This document shows positions 28,639 to 39,508 of a DNA stretch of 64,000 nucleotides, piece after piece (position 1 is the first letter of the stretch; each line of letters begins with the position of its first letter). The stretch is from Cyanophyceae cyanobacterium (GTDB lineage Bacteria > Cyanobacteriota > Cyanobacteriia > Cyanobacteriales > JBHJGN01): contig JBHJGN010000048.1 of assembly GCA_050331735.1 (NCBI GenBank), positions 1 to 64,000 of the forward strand, given 5' to 3'. The position numbers were made by a program, and so were the translations under genes. The notes below the pieces were generated by a model. That model worked only from the letters and a program-made list of their open reading frames with translations. It searched no databases and was not told the DNA's origin.

Positions 28639-29295
28639 ATGAAAGCTATGGAGCAAGCTAGGATTCAGGCTGCTTTAGAAGCAGCGTTTCTTCAGTGTGA
28701 AATAGATCTTTGTCCTCTCAGCGATAGACAAAAAGAAATTCTGCTGCAAATCTTGCTCGGAGAAACTTCGGGAGCGCAAAACCAGTCGCAACGGATCGCC
28801 GAAGATATTAGGGGGACGCCGCCAGCTCAAAATCCGTTGGATGTGCTGACTCCTCAACAGCGCCAAGCTCTACTAAAATTTGTCCAAACCCAAGAGCAAC
28901 AAGACGTCTCCTGGAAAGCAAAGCTGCTCAACGACTGGATTAGCAATCGCGATTCTGGTTCTGTGCAGTTCATTCGCGATACCTACGGTCCTCAGTGGCT
29001 AGAACAGGTGAAAAAGGTTCACCTAGCAGAATACTTTGAGCAGCAGACTCAAGATAGCTTAAGGCTTAAGATTGGCGATCGCATAGAAGTGTGCAACGCT
29101 TTGTGGGAGTGGGTGCAGGACGAGGGTCCGTGTAGCCGTGAATGGTTTCCCTGCATAGTGACTGGCGTTTTTGAAGTCTCTGCCGGCGAAGATGGCTATA
29201 CTAACTGCTCGATTCGCTTCGATGATGGAGCTGAATTTGAAATTCAGGGAGTTTACCAGTGGAATCGCTACTATTGGCGTTTTGCTCAGAAGTAA
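28639..29295 (+). CDS. Hypothetical protein
   Basis: Long ORF with EVCNALWEWVQ motif and small beta-rich C-terminus; start uncertain. Confidence 0.65.
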   Translation: MKAMEQARIQAALEAAFLQCEIDLCPLSDRQKEILLQILLGETSGAQNQSQRIAEDIRGTPPAQNPLDVLTPQQRQALLKFVQTQEQQDVSWKAKLLNDWISNRDSGSVQFIRDTYGPQWLEQVKKVHLAEYFEQQTQDSLRLKIGDRIEVCNALWEWVQDEGPCSREWFPCIVTGVFEVSAGEDGYTNCSIRFDDGAEFEIQGVYQWNRYYWRFAQK

Positions 29296-29353
29296 ATTTG
29301 AGTGAGTAGGTGATCGCTAGCATAGAAATGCAAGTGCCAAATCAAGCAGAAAC

Positions 29354-29743
29354 ATGACAGACAGCACAGACAACGACCGCTTTTCGAGAATAGAAACCGT
29401 TCTAGAGACCCTAGCGAATCAAACACAGGCTAACGCACAATCGATTCAGTCTCTGGAGACTCTTACCAGGGCTAACGCACAATCGATTCAGTCTCTGGAG
29501 AATCAAACAAGGTCAAATGCTAGATCAATTCAAGCTCTAACTGACAACTTAAATCGCGCCGAAGCTCAAGCTGCTGCCGATCGCTCAAGACTTTATGAAG
29601 CAATGGCCGATCTAGCAAATGCTCAAGCCGCATACTATCGCCGTTTAGAAGTTCAGGATCAGTTAGTCTTAACTCTGGCCCGCCGCCAAGGAGAAATTGT
29701 AGAAATTCTGAAGCTATTAAGCTCTCGGGAGGACAATAGCTAG
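29354..29743 (+). CDS. Coiled-coil hypothetical protein with 14-aa tandem repeats
   Basis: ANAQSIQSLE x2 plus SNARSIQAL; 42-bp DNA periodicity. Confidence 0.7.
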   Translation: MTDSTDNDRFSRIETVLETLANQTQANAQSIQSLETLTRANAQSIQSLENQTRSNARSIQALTDNLNRAEAQAAADRSRLYEAMADLANAQAAYYRRLEVQDQLVLTLARRQGEIVEILKLLSSREDNS

Positions 29744-29835
29744 TTAACCTGAATCGAAAATGTACGATACAAAGTTAAACAAGAGCTGCAAATTTTGTGA
29801 CTAGGGACTTTCTCTCTTTGCCCTGTTCCAATTTT

Positions 29836-30774
29836 TTATCGTTCAGTCACTCCTTTACCAAAAAATTTTGGGGGTTCCTTAAGAGTATAGACGGTGGTTG
29901 CTACCTCAATGGCCCGACGAATATAAAGAGGGGTTTGCAAAATGCCGAGAAGAGTCGTGCCGTCTAAAAAACGTAATCCACTGATCTTGGAGAGCTGTCG
30001 ATCGACTGCGGCTAGATCGGGCTGAGTTTGAATTGCATTCTCAGAACACAGCGCAAATCCCCAGGGTTGCCCGTAGGAGGGAGTATGGCTAGAAAAGGCG
30101 TGAACGTTGGTAAAAACGGCTTTTAAAGTATTCACTAGACGAGCATGCAAAGTGAGTCCAATTGGCGAGACGGGTCCGGCTTGAACGGCCACGTATCCTC
30201 CCGGTGCTAACGCTTGTTTCAGTTTGTGGAAATACTCTTGGGTGAAGAGTGCAAACGACGGACCTTCTTCAATAGGATCGGAGAGATCTGAAATAATTAG
30301 ATCCCACTGCTCGGAGGTGTGCTCTAATACTTCTAGAGCGTCGGCAATGAGCAACTCTACTCTTGGATCATCAAAGGCATCTTGGTGCATTTCTGGTAAG
30401 TGTTCTTGACAAGCCTGCACCACCTCTCCATCGATGTCGATCATGGTGACTTTTTCAACGGTCTGCCACCGCAGCACTTCCCGGAGCGTCGCTCCCTCTC
30501 CGCCACCGAGAACGAGAACTTTCTTGGGAGCGCCGTGGGCGATCGCTGCTGGATGAACGAGGGTTTCGTGGTAAATAAACTCATCCCCCGTGCAGGACTG
30601 CCATTTCCCATCGAGAACCAGCCCTTTCCCGTAGGCGCCAGATTCAACAATGTACATTTCCTGATAGGCCGTTTTCCGATAGGCCAGAATCTGAGTCACG
30701 CCGTGAGCATAAATATCCCACGGCGTTATGTATTCATTGATCCATAAGTCGGCTTGAACTTCACTACCTGCCAT
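29836..30774 (-). CDS. speE: Polyamine aminopropyltransferase (spermidine synthase family)
   Basis: LDGKWQSC.GDEFIYHE, VLGGGEGATLRE, IDIDGEVV, SDLSDP; GAGGAGG RBS. Confidence 0.88.
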   Translation of the reverse strand: MAGSEVQADLWINEYITPWDIYAHGVTQILAYRKTAYQEMYIVESGAYGKGLVLDGKWQSCTGDEFIYHETLVHPAAIAHGAPKKVLVLGGGEGATLREVLRWQTVEKVTMIDIDGEVVQACQEHLPEMHQDAFDDPRVELLIADALEVLEHTSEQWDLIISDLSDPIEEGPSFALFTQEYFHKLKQALAPGGYVAVQAGPVSPIGLTLHARLVNTLKAVFTNVHAFSSHTPSYGQPWGFALCSENAIQTQPDLAAVDRQLSKISGLRFLDGTTLLGILQTPLYIRRAIEVATTVYTLKEPPKFFGKGVTER

Positions 30775-30887
30775 CGTTCCCTCCTCAAATGTTGATGGTT
30801 AATGGTTGATTGGAGGCTTGACGAGCGCCATCAACAATCAACCATCAGCAATTGTTCGCGTTATTTTCTACTCAAGCACCAATAAGT

Positions 30888-31613
30888 TTAAACTGAAGCT
30901 ATCGCTTGCTCGTAGCGCCGATTCACTTCGTCCCAATTGAGGGTATTCCACCACTGCTTGAGATATTCGCCTCGGTTATTGCGGTACTTAAGGTAGTAGG
31001 CGTGTTCCCAAACGTCGTTCCCCATAATCGGATACATCCCTGACATGAGTGGACTATCTTGATTAAGGGTGTTCATTACCTTTAACGTACCGCCGTCAGC
31101 AACCAGCCAGGCCCACCCGCTGCCGAAGCGTTGGCTACCAGCATTGTTGAACGCTTCTTGAAACGCCTCAAAGCTACCAAAGATATCGTCGATGGCTGTG
31201 GCAATCGCTCCCGTTGGATTACCGCCGCCGTTGGGACTCATAATCTCCCAAAACATCTTGTGGTTGACGTAGCCCCCACCATTATTGATCACGGTGGTGC
31301 GGATATCTTCTGGCAACCTGTCAATGTTGCGGAGTAACTCTTCAGCACTTTGACTCTGCAACTCCGGGTAGCGACTGACGGCTCCATTGAGGTTTTTGGT
31401 ATAGCCTGCATGATGCTTATCGTGATGGAAGCGCATTGTTTCTGCGTCGATGTAGGGTTCGAGGGCATCATAGCTGTAGGGGAGCGGCGGTAGTTCAAAT
31501 GGTCCGTCCTCGTCTGAGGTTTGAGCAGCAGCAAGACGAGGTAGAGACCCTAGGGCAGCAGCCCCAACTGTTACAGAGACAAAGTAAAGAAAATTGCGAC
31601 GATTAAAAATCAT
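30888..31613 (-). CDS. sodA: Fe/Mn superoxide dismutase, Mn-type features, Tat signal
   Basis: [44 protein letters not shown]-terminal RRNFL. Confidence 0.9.
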   Translation of the reverse strand: MIFNRRNFLYFVSVTVGAAALGSLPRLAAAQTSDEDGPFELPPLPYSYDALEPYIDAETMRFHHDKHHAGYTKNLNGAVSRYPELQSQSAEELLRNIDRLPEDIRTTVINNGGGYVNHKMFWEIMSPNGGGNPTGAIATAIDDIFGSFEAFQEAFNNAGSQRFGSGWAWLVADGGTLKVMNTLNQDSPLMSGMYPIMGNDVWEHAYYLKYRNNRGEYLKQWWNTLNWDEVNRRYEQAIASV

Positions 31614-31746
31614 AATTTCGATCAACTAAATGCAGGTTGTTAGCGACGTGCTTGTTCCAATTATCTGTGGTTGTGTGAACCTTCTAGTACCTGTTGAGGT
31701 TATTTTTCCACAAAATCGCACGTTCGACGCTTCGAGCATTCAGCCG

Positions 31747-32742
31747 TCAGCTCGTCTTTGGGGATGATGCCAAATCAAGTTCTTGCTTGAGCAGGTTAAT
31801 AGCTCGATCGCCGATGTAATTAGCGCTACAAATGACATCGGGAGGACGAATGAGATGTTCTCTGGCTTCTAAGACTGCTTGCTTGACGGTAGCATAACTG
31901 GCTGAATCGCTAATAATTGTATGGGTAGAGCGAACCAACGCCTGAAGACGCTCGCCGTCGCTAGCTTGGGCCGTCATAATCAGGAGCTCGTCTCCGCGCA
32001 AGCTGTGAACGATGGTTTCTGCCACTCCGAGCGTAGCTTTACTGAGGCTAACAATCCCCAAGCAGGCTTCCTTGGGCAGATGCTTGACAATCTCTAGCTC
32101 TTTAACGTAGTCGTAGATATCAATTGGAATGACGCGAGCAGATTTAGCAGCAACAGCGGCTAACACTTCTCCAATAAAGTAACGCAGCGTGACTACAGTA
32201 GCGAAGTCGGATGGCCCAAGCCGGGTCGTGAGGTCTTCAAGAGCCACGAGTTCGACAGGAATTTCCAACGCTTGCTCGAGTTCTTGATGAACGAGTTCTC
32301 CGGCAAAAATATCTCTCGTCGGAACCGTGACAACGACTCGCGCACTACAGCGCTTGCGCCAGTCAATCTCTGCTAAAAATAGCTCCTGGATCTGAGAGAG
32401 AGTACAGCCTTGAGCGAGGAGCCGATCGATGCTGGCTTGAATGAGCTTGGTTGCTTTGGGAAATTGCTTGAGCAGCGGAGACGTGCCTTTCCCTTCTGGC
32501 TCCTGGACTTTAACGTAAATTCCTGAGCCAGCTAAAGATTCGACTAGCCCGGTTTCTTCAAGCTGCCGATAGACCTTACTAATCGTGTTCCGGTGCAGCC
32601 CGGTCATCATGGCCAGTTGACGGGTGCTGGGGAGCCGATGACCGGGAAGATACTGCCCGGAGGCGATCGCAAACTGGATTTGCTCTAATAGCTGCTTAGA
32701 GGCCGGAATTTCACTGTCTGCTTGAATGTGGAACTGAAGCAT
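31747..32742 (-). CDS. plmA: GntR family regulator, cyanobacterial PlmA type
   Basis: MLQFHIQADSEIPASKQL...LPSTRQLAMMTGLHRNTISKVY, characteristic of PlmA; divergent from a dienelactone hydrolase. Confidence 0.82.
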   Translation of the reverse strand: MLQFHIQADSEIPASKQLLEQIQFAIASGQYLPGHRLPSTRQLAMMTGLHRNTISKVYRQLEETGLVESLAGSGIYVKVQEPEGKGTSPLLKQFPKATKLIQASIDRLLAQGCTLSQIQELFLAEIDWRKRCSARVVVTVPTRDIFAGELVHQELEQALEIPVELVALEDLTTRLGPSDFATVVTLRYFIGEVLAAVAAKSARVIPIDIYDYVKELEIVKHLPKEACLGIVSLSKATLGVAETIVHSLRGDELLIMTAQASDGERLQALVRSTHTIISDSASYATVKQAVLEAREHLIRPPDVICSANYIGDRAINLLKQELDLASSPKTS

Positions 32743-32860
32743 GGTTGCCAAGCCAACTAAGAACTCAGGATTGATCGCTGTGATTCTATTTTAATTCTTT
32801 TGTTCTCTTTATTATTGTCTCTCGCTCTTAGAATAAGAAGCAGAATTCAAGGGCAGGCGC

Positions 32861-33586
32861 ATGCAGGAAATTCACACTCAACAGGTTCAGGTTTACGGGG
32901 ATTTGGCCATTGATGCCTATTTAGCGATGCCAGAAGGGCCTGGTCCTTTTCCTGGCGTGGTTGTTATTCAAGAGATTTTTGGAGTCAATGACCATATCCG
33001 CGATGTGACTCGCCGGTTAGCCAAAGAGGGATATGCGGCGGTCGCCCCGGCGATTTATCAGCGTCAAGCCCCCGGTTTTGAAGCAGGATACACTGTAGCC
33101 GACTTAAAAACGGGCAGAACCTACAAAAATCAAACGCAAGCGTCTGAACTATTGAGCGATATTCGCGCCGCCATCACCTACTTGCATACCCTAGATGTAA
33201 AAAGAAGTGGCGTGGGCTGCATTGGTTTTTGCTTTGGCGGTCATGTTGCTTATCTAGCCGCTACCCTCGATGAAGTGAAAGCGACGGCTTCTTGCTATGG
33301 CGCAGGCATCGCCACCAGCACCCCGGGAGGAGGGCAACCAACCATCACCAAAACAAAAGAAATTACTGGTACTGTCTATGCCTTTTTTGGCTTAGAAGAC
33401 GAACTGATTCCGGTGGAGCAAGTAGACGAGATTGAAGCGGCACTGCAACAGCACAACGTCGAGCATCGGGTCTTTCGCTACGCTGGTGCTGGTCACGGGT
33501 TTCTGTGCGATCAGCGCTCAAGCTATGTGCCCGCAGCCGCAGAGGATGCTTGGAATCATGTGCTAGAGTTGTTTAGCTATCTGTAG
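32861..33586 (+). CDS. Dienelactone hydrolase family protein
   Basis: QEIFGVN, GFCFGG nucleophile Cys, AGHGF. Confidence 0.92.
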   Translation: MQEIHTQQVQVYGDLAIDAYLAMPEGPGPFPGVVVIQEIFGVNDHIRDVTRRLAKEGYAAVAPAIYQRQAPGFEAGYTVADLKTGRTYKNQTQASELLSDIRAAITYLHTLDVKRSGVGCIGFCFGGHVAYLAATLDEVKATASCYGAGIATSTPGGGQPTITKTKEITGTVYAFFGLEDELIPVEQVDEIEAALQQHNVEHRVFRYAGAGHGFLCDQRSSYVPAAAEDAWNHVLELFSYL

Positions 33587-33663
33587 CACGGCAGGATTAA
33601 TCCGCCCGGTTATCCCTAGCGCTCTAGGCTCGCGTATTTAGTCTATTTCTCTATCCCAAATCC

Positions 33664-34539
33664 ATGTCTTCTCAACCTAGCTTTTCTCAAGATGATTTTG
33701 CTCAAGCCCTCGAACAGTATAATTATGACTTCAAAAAGGGACAGATCGTGCGGGGCAAGGTTTACGAATATGGCTCTGAAGGAGCCTATGTAGACATTGG
33801 CGGGAAATCTTCCGGGTTTGTTCCTTACTCAGAGGTGTCTTTAGGCTCGGATGCCGACCTGGCTGAGTTGCCAAAAGACGAAGAGCTAGATTTCCTCATT
33901 CTCAAAGAGCAGAATGCTGACGGTCAGGTGACTCTCTCTCGCCGTCAGCTTCAGATTCGGCAGGCTTGGGAAGAGGTAGTAGAATTAGCCGATAGCGGTT
34001 CTTCCGGTCATCTACGAGTGACTGGAACTAACAAAGGAGGAGTTGTCGGTGAGGTTTTGGGCTTAAGAGGGTTTATTCCGCGATCGCACCTGATCGAAAA
34101 AGATGATTTAGACTCTCTGGTGGGACAAACTTTGAGCGCTACTTTTTTAGAAGTCGATCCCGAGCGCAATAAGCTTGTCCTTTCCCAACGCGATGCCGCC
34201 CGCGCCGCCGTTATTTCTCGCTTAGAACGAGGACAGCTTGTCGCCGGAAAAGTAGCCAGTATCAAACCCTATGGTGTGTTTGTCGATTTAGACGAGGTAA
34301 CGGGGCTGCTGCACATCAAGCAGGTAAGCGGCTCTCATATCGATTCGCTCAACACCTTATTTAAGATCGGACAGCCGATTCAGGTGATGATTCTGGAACT
34401 AGATGAGTTCAAAAACCGCATTTCTTTGTCTACTAAAGTTTTAGAGAACTATCCGGGGGAGATTTTAGAAAACATGGACGAAGTGATGGCTAGTGCCCCC
34501 GAACGAGCCGAGCAAGCGAAAAGTAAAGGGCTAACTTAG
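33664..34539 (+). CDS. S1 RNA-binding domain protein (ribosomal S1 homologue)
   Basis: Three S1 domains: GAYVDIGGKS, GLRGFIPRSH, KPYGVFVDL...GLLHI. Confidence 0.9.
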   Translation: MSSQPSFSQDDFAQALEQYNYDFKKGQIVRGKVYEYGSEGAYVDIGGKSSGFVPYSEVSLGSDADLAELPKDEELDFLILKEQNADGQVTLSRRQLQIRQAWEEVVELADSGSSGHLRVTGTNKGGVVGEVLGLRGFIPRSHLIEKDDLDSLVGQTLSATFLEVDPERNKLVLSQRDAARAAVISRLERGQLVAGKVASIKPYGVFVDLDEVTGLLHIKQVSGSHIDSLNTLFKIGQPIQVMILELDEFKNRISLSTKVLENYPGEILENMDEVMASAPERAEQAKSKGLT

Positions 34540-34708
34540 CCCATCGCCATGCCTTGGGTTGTCTTTGTCTTGCTCACAGAAAAGCGTCAGGGACTAGGGG
34601 GTTGTTGGAGCATCGAAGGCAATGGTAGCAAAAAAAACATTGCAGCACCCCAAAGAGCCACTGCTGCCTAGCTCCTTGAACGTAATGGTCTTGGCATCAA
34701 CACCCGGT

Positions 34709-35419
34709 TTAATCGGAACTTTGGCTTGCTTCATTTTTTTCCTGGGCTTCTTGCTCGCGCTGCTCCCGTTTTTTGCGATCAGCTTCTAGGGTTTCCTGCA
34801 AGACTTTAAGAAGCTGCTCCACTTTTTCTAGGTTGCCACGATAAAATTCCAGATCTTTCATCATCTTCTCGGCTGGCAGATTAAGAACTTCAGCAAGCTG
34901 CTCTAACGCTCGATTCCGCTTTTTTTCTTCTTTAACATCTTCTGGAATTGCGGCTTCTAACAGGGTATATAAACCAATGGCAAACAGCCGACTGTACTTA
35001 AAGTGCGGATTGTCGGAAATCTCTGCTACCGCCTCCGCCAGTTTCTCTTCTCCGGGAGAGGGGATAGGAGACTGTAACCACGACACTAGCTCCTCGGCAG
35101 AGGATAACCGTTCTCCTAAAGCCAGAGCACTCTCGGCTTCCGTGCGATACTGCTGCGGATCGTTACCAACCGCCTGACAAAGCGCAGAAAAAATCGATTC
35201 TTTATCCTGTTCAGGTCGATACCCCTGCATCAACCGATAGAAAGAGGTAAACACACCTAAACAATAAATTGGGTCGCTCTTAAATTCAGAATTAACAGAG
35301 AGCAGATGCATTTCTACGAGCAGCTCTTCCACGACCCGCCGGTAAATTGAATTGATGGGGCGAGTATGATGAGCATAAAATTCTCTCTTGGTATCCGAGA
35401 CGGTGCGAACCTTATTCAC
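34709..35419 (-). CDS. psb29: Photosystem II biogenesis protein Psb29 (THF1)
   Basis: RTVSDTKREF, YRRVVEELLVEMHLL, FKYSRLFAIGL; GTG start 35419. Confidence 0.94.
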   Translation of the reverse strand: MNKVRTVSDTKREFYAHHTRPINSIYRRVVEELLVEMHLLSVNSEFKSDPIYCLGVFTSFYRLMQGYRPEQDKESIFSALCQAVGNDPQQYRTEAESALALGERLSSAEELVSWLQSPIPSPGEEKLAEAVAEISDNPHFKYSRLFAIGLYTLLEAAIPEDVKEEKKRNRALEQLAEVLNLPAEKMMKDLEFYRGNLEKVEQLLKVLQETLEADRKKREQREQEAQEKNEASQSSD

Positions 35420-35573
35420 AAAGCAGACTTTAATAGACACTGTTTTACCATTCTCTCGCTTTAAGAGCCGTTTGCCAAGAAAATAGTAACCACGAACAAC
35501 GAAACGAGCAAAGTCGTCTAGACTGCTTTGTTTCTTCTACTTCAGTCTTGATCCTTTACACTCAACCATCCTC

Positions 35574-36176
35574 ATGTTTTCTTCAAAATTAAAAGCTTTA
35601 GGACAGTATTTAGCAGGAGAATTTGATAACCGCCAGCAGGCGATCGAAAACCCAGCCTGGTATGTTCATCTGCGTTTATGGAAGCGACCCGTTCCTATTT
35701 TTACCGAAGATAGCCTTGCTTTGTATGCCGAACAAGTCAATATGATTCATCCAGACAATCCCTATCGTCCGCGATTACTGCGACTGCGCCAGCATCAGGA
35801 AACGCTGCAAGTTCGGTATTATATGCTCAAAGACATGGCCGCCTTCAAAGGCGCTGGACAGAATCCTGAGCGGCTATCGCAGCTAACCTCAGAGCAAGTT
35901 GAGTTCTTGCCGGAGTGTACTCTTAACGTCGCAGCGGAGCCACTCGCGCCGCAGCGCTACCGCTTCCGCACGTCTCCTGCTTCTGGTGAACCCTGTTCTT
36001 TTACCTATCAGGGGAATCGAATTAAGATTGCTCTTGGCTTTGAAGTAACAGCCGACGAGCTGCTGATTTTTGATAAAGGCATCGACCCAAACACTGGCAA
36101 AGCGACTTGGGGCGCTTTGATGGGTCCGTTTCGCTTGACTAAACGCCAAGATTTTGCTGGAGAGTTCCCAGTCTAG
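35574..36176 (+). CDS. CpcT/CpeT family chromophore lyase
   Basis: LAGEFDNRQQA, YAEQ, PYRPR, DKGIDP.TGK..WGA. Confidence 0.88.
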   Translation: MFSSKLKALGQYLAGEFDNRQQAIENPAWYVHLRLWKRPVPIFTEDSLALYAEQVNMIHPDNPYRPRLLRLRQHQETLQVRYYMLKDMAAFKGAGQNPERLSQLTSEQVEFLPECTLNVAAEPLAPQRYRFRTSPASGEPCSFTYQGNRIKIALGFEVTADELLIFDKGIDPNTGKATWGALMGPFRLTKRQDFAGEFPV

Positions 36177-36480
36177 AATAGTTGTCTCAACCGCATCCGA
36201 TACGCTACTCACCTGAAGACAATTCTCTGAGTAATACAAAAAGCCAGAAATTGCAAAGCAAAGATTAAGGAGATGAAAAAAGCGGCAATCATTATTCTAG
36301 GCAGACACTTTTAGAGGAGCAAGTGGAGCTGTCTGCCCCCAACTTGCTGAATTTAACTGTTCATGACTAGAGGCTAGCTCATCAATATTAAGCAAAGCAA
36401 CTACAAGGTGCAAAATCTATTGATAAGATGCTCTCTAGTACTTGTGTCAGGCGATGCTGGCTCAGAATTGGTAAAAATAG

Positions 36481-37497
36481 TTACAAACTGGCCCAATCTT
36501 GAGGCTGGAGAAACTTCTCATATAGCTCTGCTTCTGGAGAATTGGGTTCTGGCTGAAAATTATATTCCCAGCGAACTAGAGGCGGTAGGGACATTAAAAT
36601 TGATTCTGTGCGTCCGTTGGTCTGTAGCCCAAAGATGGTGCCTCGATCGTAAACCAGATTAAATTCAACGTAGCGTCCCCGGCGATAAAGCTGAAAGTTG
36701 CGTTGGCGATCGCCCCATTCCAGGTCTTGACGCTTTTGTACAATCGGCACGTAGGCAGGCAAAAACGCGCGTCCGCAGTCTTGAACAAAGCTAAACAGAT
36801 CGTTCCAACTCCGAGGCTCTACCGACCCAACTTGATGAGCGTAGGTAGCGGCAAGTCCCTTGGGGTCGGGACCGCGATAGAGATCTCCTTGTCCGTGTTG
36901 ATAATCAAAAAAGAGTCCTCCCACTCCCCGCGTTTCTTGACGATGCTTGAGATAGAAATACTCATCGCACCAGCGCTTAAATACCGGGTAATATTGCGGG
37001 TGATGACGATCGCAAGCTTGCTTCAAGGTGCGATGGAAATGGACCGCATCCTCTGCAAAGGCATAGTAAGGAGTGAGATCGGCACCACCGCCAAACCACC
37101 ACACCGGACCGGCTTCAAAGTAGCGGTAGTTGAGATGAACGGTAGGAACGTAGGGATTGCGCGGATGCAGCACCATTGAGGTTCCAGTGGCGTAAAACCC
37201 ATGACCCTCTGCCTCGGGACGCTGTTTCAAAATAGAGGGAGGAAGCTGTTGGCCCCACACTTCAGAAAAATTAACTCCCCCTTGCTCAAACACTCCGCCT
37301 TCACGAATAACTCGCGAGCGACCGCCACCGCCTTCTTCTCGCTGCCAGCTATCTTCTTTAAACTGCTGAATGCCGTCAATTTCTTCTAGCCGATGGCAAA
37401 TTTCGTCCTGTAGCGCCAGCATAAACTGGCTGACTTTTTCTCGGGAGTCAGCAGGTGGAACGGAAATAGAAGGATTAACGTTATTTAAAGTTGTCAT
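36481..37497 (-). CDS. hemF: Oxygen-dependent coproporphyrinogen III oxidase
   Basis: [44 protein letters not shown]. Confidence 0.96.
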   Translation of the reverse strand: MTTLNNVNPSISVPPADSREKVSQFMLALQDEICHRLEEIDGIQQFKEDSWQREEGGGGRSRVIREGGVFEQGGVNFSEVWGQQLPPSILKQRPEAEGHGFYATGTSMVLHPRNPYVPTVHLNYRYFEAGPVWWFGGGADLTPYYAFAEDAVHFHRTLKQACDRHHPQYYPVFKRWCDEYFYLKHRQETRGVGGLFFDYQHGQGDLYRGPDPKGLAATYAHQVGSVEPRSWNDLFSFVQDCGRAFLPAYVPIVQKRQDLEWGDRQRNFQLYRRGRYVEFNLVYDRGTIFGLQTNGRTESILMSLPPLVRWEYNFQPEPNSPEAELYEKFLQPQDWASL

Positions 37498-37706
37498 GGT
37501 CACAATTAGATATTTATAGAAGTATGGGCGTAGCTGTGGCTGTAGTCCCTAGATTACTTTAAATCTCAATCGATTATTTCAACTCTGCTGCGGCTTAACC
37601 GATCAGAGCATTCAGTCTGTAGCAAAACTTAATTAAAAAAAACTCAACTGACCGACCATTTCCTACAATAGAAAATCGGCCAGAACGTCATAATTGGAGG
37701 CGTACT

Positions 37707-38183
37707 GTGATTCTGAATTTTTCCTTCAAATTGATTGCGGGTCAAGGAAAACTATCCTGTAAGTTTTCCTTGTTTAAAACCTATCGTGCCGTTAGTACGG
37801 CTCCAGTAGATGTGTTGTGGCAAAAGCTGATTAATTTGACCGATGTTTCTTGGCATCCTCTGTTTTCTAAAACCAATGCTCCTCTGGGGCTCATTGCTAA
37901 ACCGGGTTTAATCTATCACGTTGTCACTCGCCTGACTCCGATTCCGGTGAGGCTATTTGTCGAAAATGTTCGTCCTGGAGAGTTACTCAGCATTCGGGTG
38001 CTGGCCATTCCAGGAATAGAGCAAAGAATTACCTACCAGGTAGAGTCAACCCTGTGCGGCTCGTACATTTCTTACTCTATTACCTTGCGAGGCTGGTTGT
38101 CACCCCTAATCTGGTGGCTGATCAAACCCTATTCGGCTCGAGTGGCTGCTGAACTGGCCCATGCCGCAGAAAGAGGAAGCTGA
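37707..38183 (+). CDS. SRPBCC family protein
   Basis: APVDVLWQKL..L.DVSWHP and C-terminal helix; start uncertain. Confidence 0.7.
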   Translation: MILNFSFKLIAGQGKLSCKFSLFKTYRAVSTAPVDVLWQKLINLTDVSWHPLFSKTNAPLGLIAKPGLIYHVVTRLTPIPVRLFVENVRPGELLSIRVLAIPGIEQRITYQVESTLCGSYISYSITLRGWLSPLIWWLIKPYSARVAAELAHAAERGS

Positions 38184-38389
38184 AAGATGGCAAAATCTCA
38201 TCCGAATGGTCAACCCGCTACTATCTAAATAGCGGTTCTCACTGAAATAAAGTGCTGCTTCACGTCCTGATTTTTGGTTGATTGTTGATGGCTCCTGACC
38301 ATTGTGAGGTACACTCGATCGCTTCGAGGCTCTGGGAATGCAGATGAGGGAAATTGTTTGAAGACGACTACAGTTTATCAAAGGACGAA

Positions 38390-39454
38390 ATGCTGAATAA
38401 ACAAGCTATCTTAGACGTACTCCGCCCGGTACAAGACCCCGAACTTCAAAAAAGTTTGGTGGACTTGAACATGATTCGTAATGTAGAAATCGATGACGGC
38501 AACGTTCGGTTTACGTTAGTGTTAACCACTCCTGCTTGCCCGCTGCGGGAATTCATCGTGGAGGACTGCCAAAAGGCGGTGAAGCAGCTTCCTGGAATCA
38601 AAGAGGTAGACGTGGAGGTGACTGCCGAAACTCCACAGCAGAAAGCGCTACCGGAGCAACAAAATATTAGCGGCATCAAGAATATCGTGGCGATCTCTAG
38701 CGGGAAGGGAGGCGTTGGGAAAAGTACGGTGGCGGTAAACGTGGCCGTGGCGCTAGCGCAAACGGGAGCCAAAGTGGGCTTACTCGATGCCGATATTTAT
38801 GGCCCAAACGCCCCCACGATGCTAGGAGTTTCCGAAGCTAAAGCCGTTGTTCAACAGGGCTCCCAAGGAGATGTGCTAGAACCTGTGTTCAATTACGGGG
38901 TCAAGCTGGTATCGATGGGGTTTTTAATTAATGCCGACCAGCCCGTGATCTGGCGTGGACCAATGCTCAACGGCATTATTCGTCAGTTTCTCTATCAGGT
39001 GCAGTGGGGTGAGCTAGATTATTTAATCGTTGATATGCCGCCGGGAACCGGAGACGCTCAACTAACAATGACCCAAGCGGTCCCAATGGCGGGAGCCGTG
39101 ATTGTCACCACGCCTCAAACGGTGTCTTTACTCGATGCTCGTCGAGGGCTGAAGATGTTTCAGCAGTTGGGGGTCAACGTCCTGGGAATTGTGGAAAACA
39201 TGAGCTACTTTATTCCGCCCGATTTGCCAGAGCGCAGCTACGATTTGTTTGGGTCTGGCGGTGGCGAGAAAGCCTCTCAGGAACTCAACGTACCGTTACT
39301 CGGCTGCGTTCCTCTCGAGATTTCTCTGCGGCAAGGCGGCGATCGCGGCATTCCGATTGTGGTAGACCAACCCGATTCAGCTTCGGCCCGCGCCCTGAGT
39401 GAGATTGCCAAACAAATTGCGGCGAAAGTGTCGCTGGCAGCACTCGTGCAGTGA
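38390..39454 (+). CDS. mrp: Mrp/NBP35 (ApbC) Fe-S cluster carrier ATPase
   Basis: N-terminal DPEL...TTPACP domain, SGKGGVGKST, DADIYGP, WRGPML, DMPPGTGD. Confidence 0.93.
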   Translation: MLNKQAILDVLRPVQDPELQKSLVDLNMIRNVEIDDGNVRFTLVLTTPACPLREFIVEDCQKAVKQLPGIKEVDVEVTAETPQQKALPEQQNISGIKNIVAISSGKGGVGKSTVAVNVAVALAQTGAKVGLLDADIYGPNAPTMLGVSEAKAVVQQGSQGDVLEPVFNYGVKLVSMGFLINADQPVIWRGPMLNGIIRQFLYQVQWGELDYLIVDMPPGTGDAQLTMTQAVPMAGAVIVTTPQTVSLLDARRGLKMFQQLGVNVLGIVENMSYFIPPDLPERSYDLFGSGGGEKASQELNVPLLGCVPLEISLRQGGDRGIPIVVDQPDSASARALSEIAKQIAAKVSLAALVQ

Positions 39455-39501
39455 CCAGTGACCAGTTTTTAGTTAACTTAGTAACTGATAACTGGTCACT
39501 G
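39449..39501. repeat. Inverted CAGTGAC-type heptamer repeat
   Basis: CAGTGACCAGT ... ACTGGTCACTG inverted pair; contains the mrp stop codon. Confidence 0.7.
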
Positions 39502-39508
39502 AGAAAAG

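Noticed and set aside
36273..36314. Mini-ORF MKKAAIIILGRHF after AAGGAG
   Set aside because: Only 13 codons, with no spacing between the SD-like sequence and ATG, and no other support.
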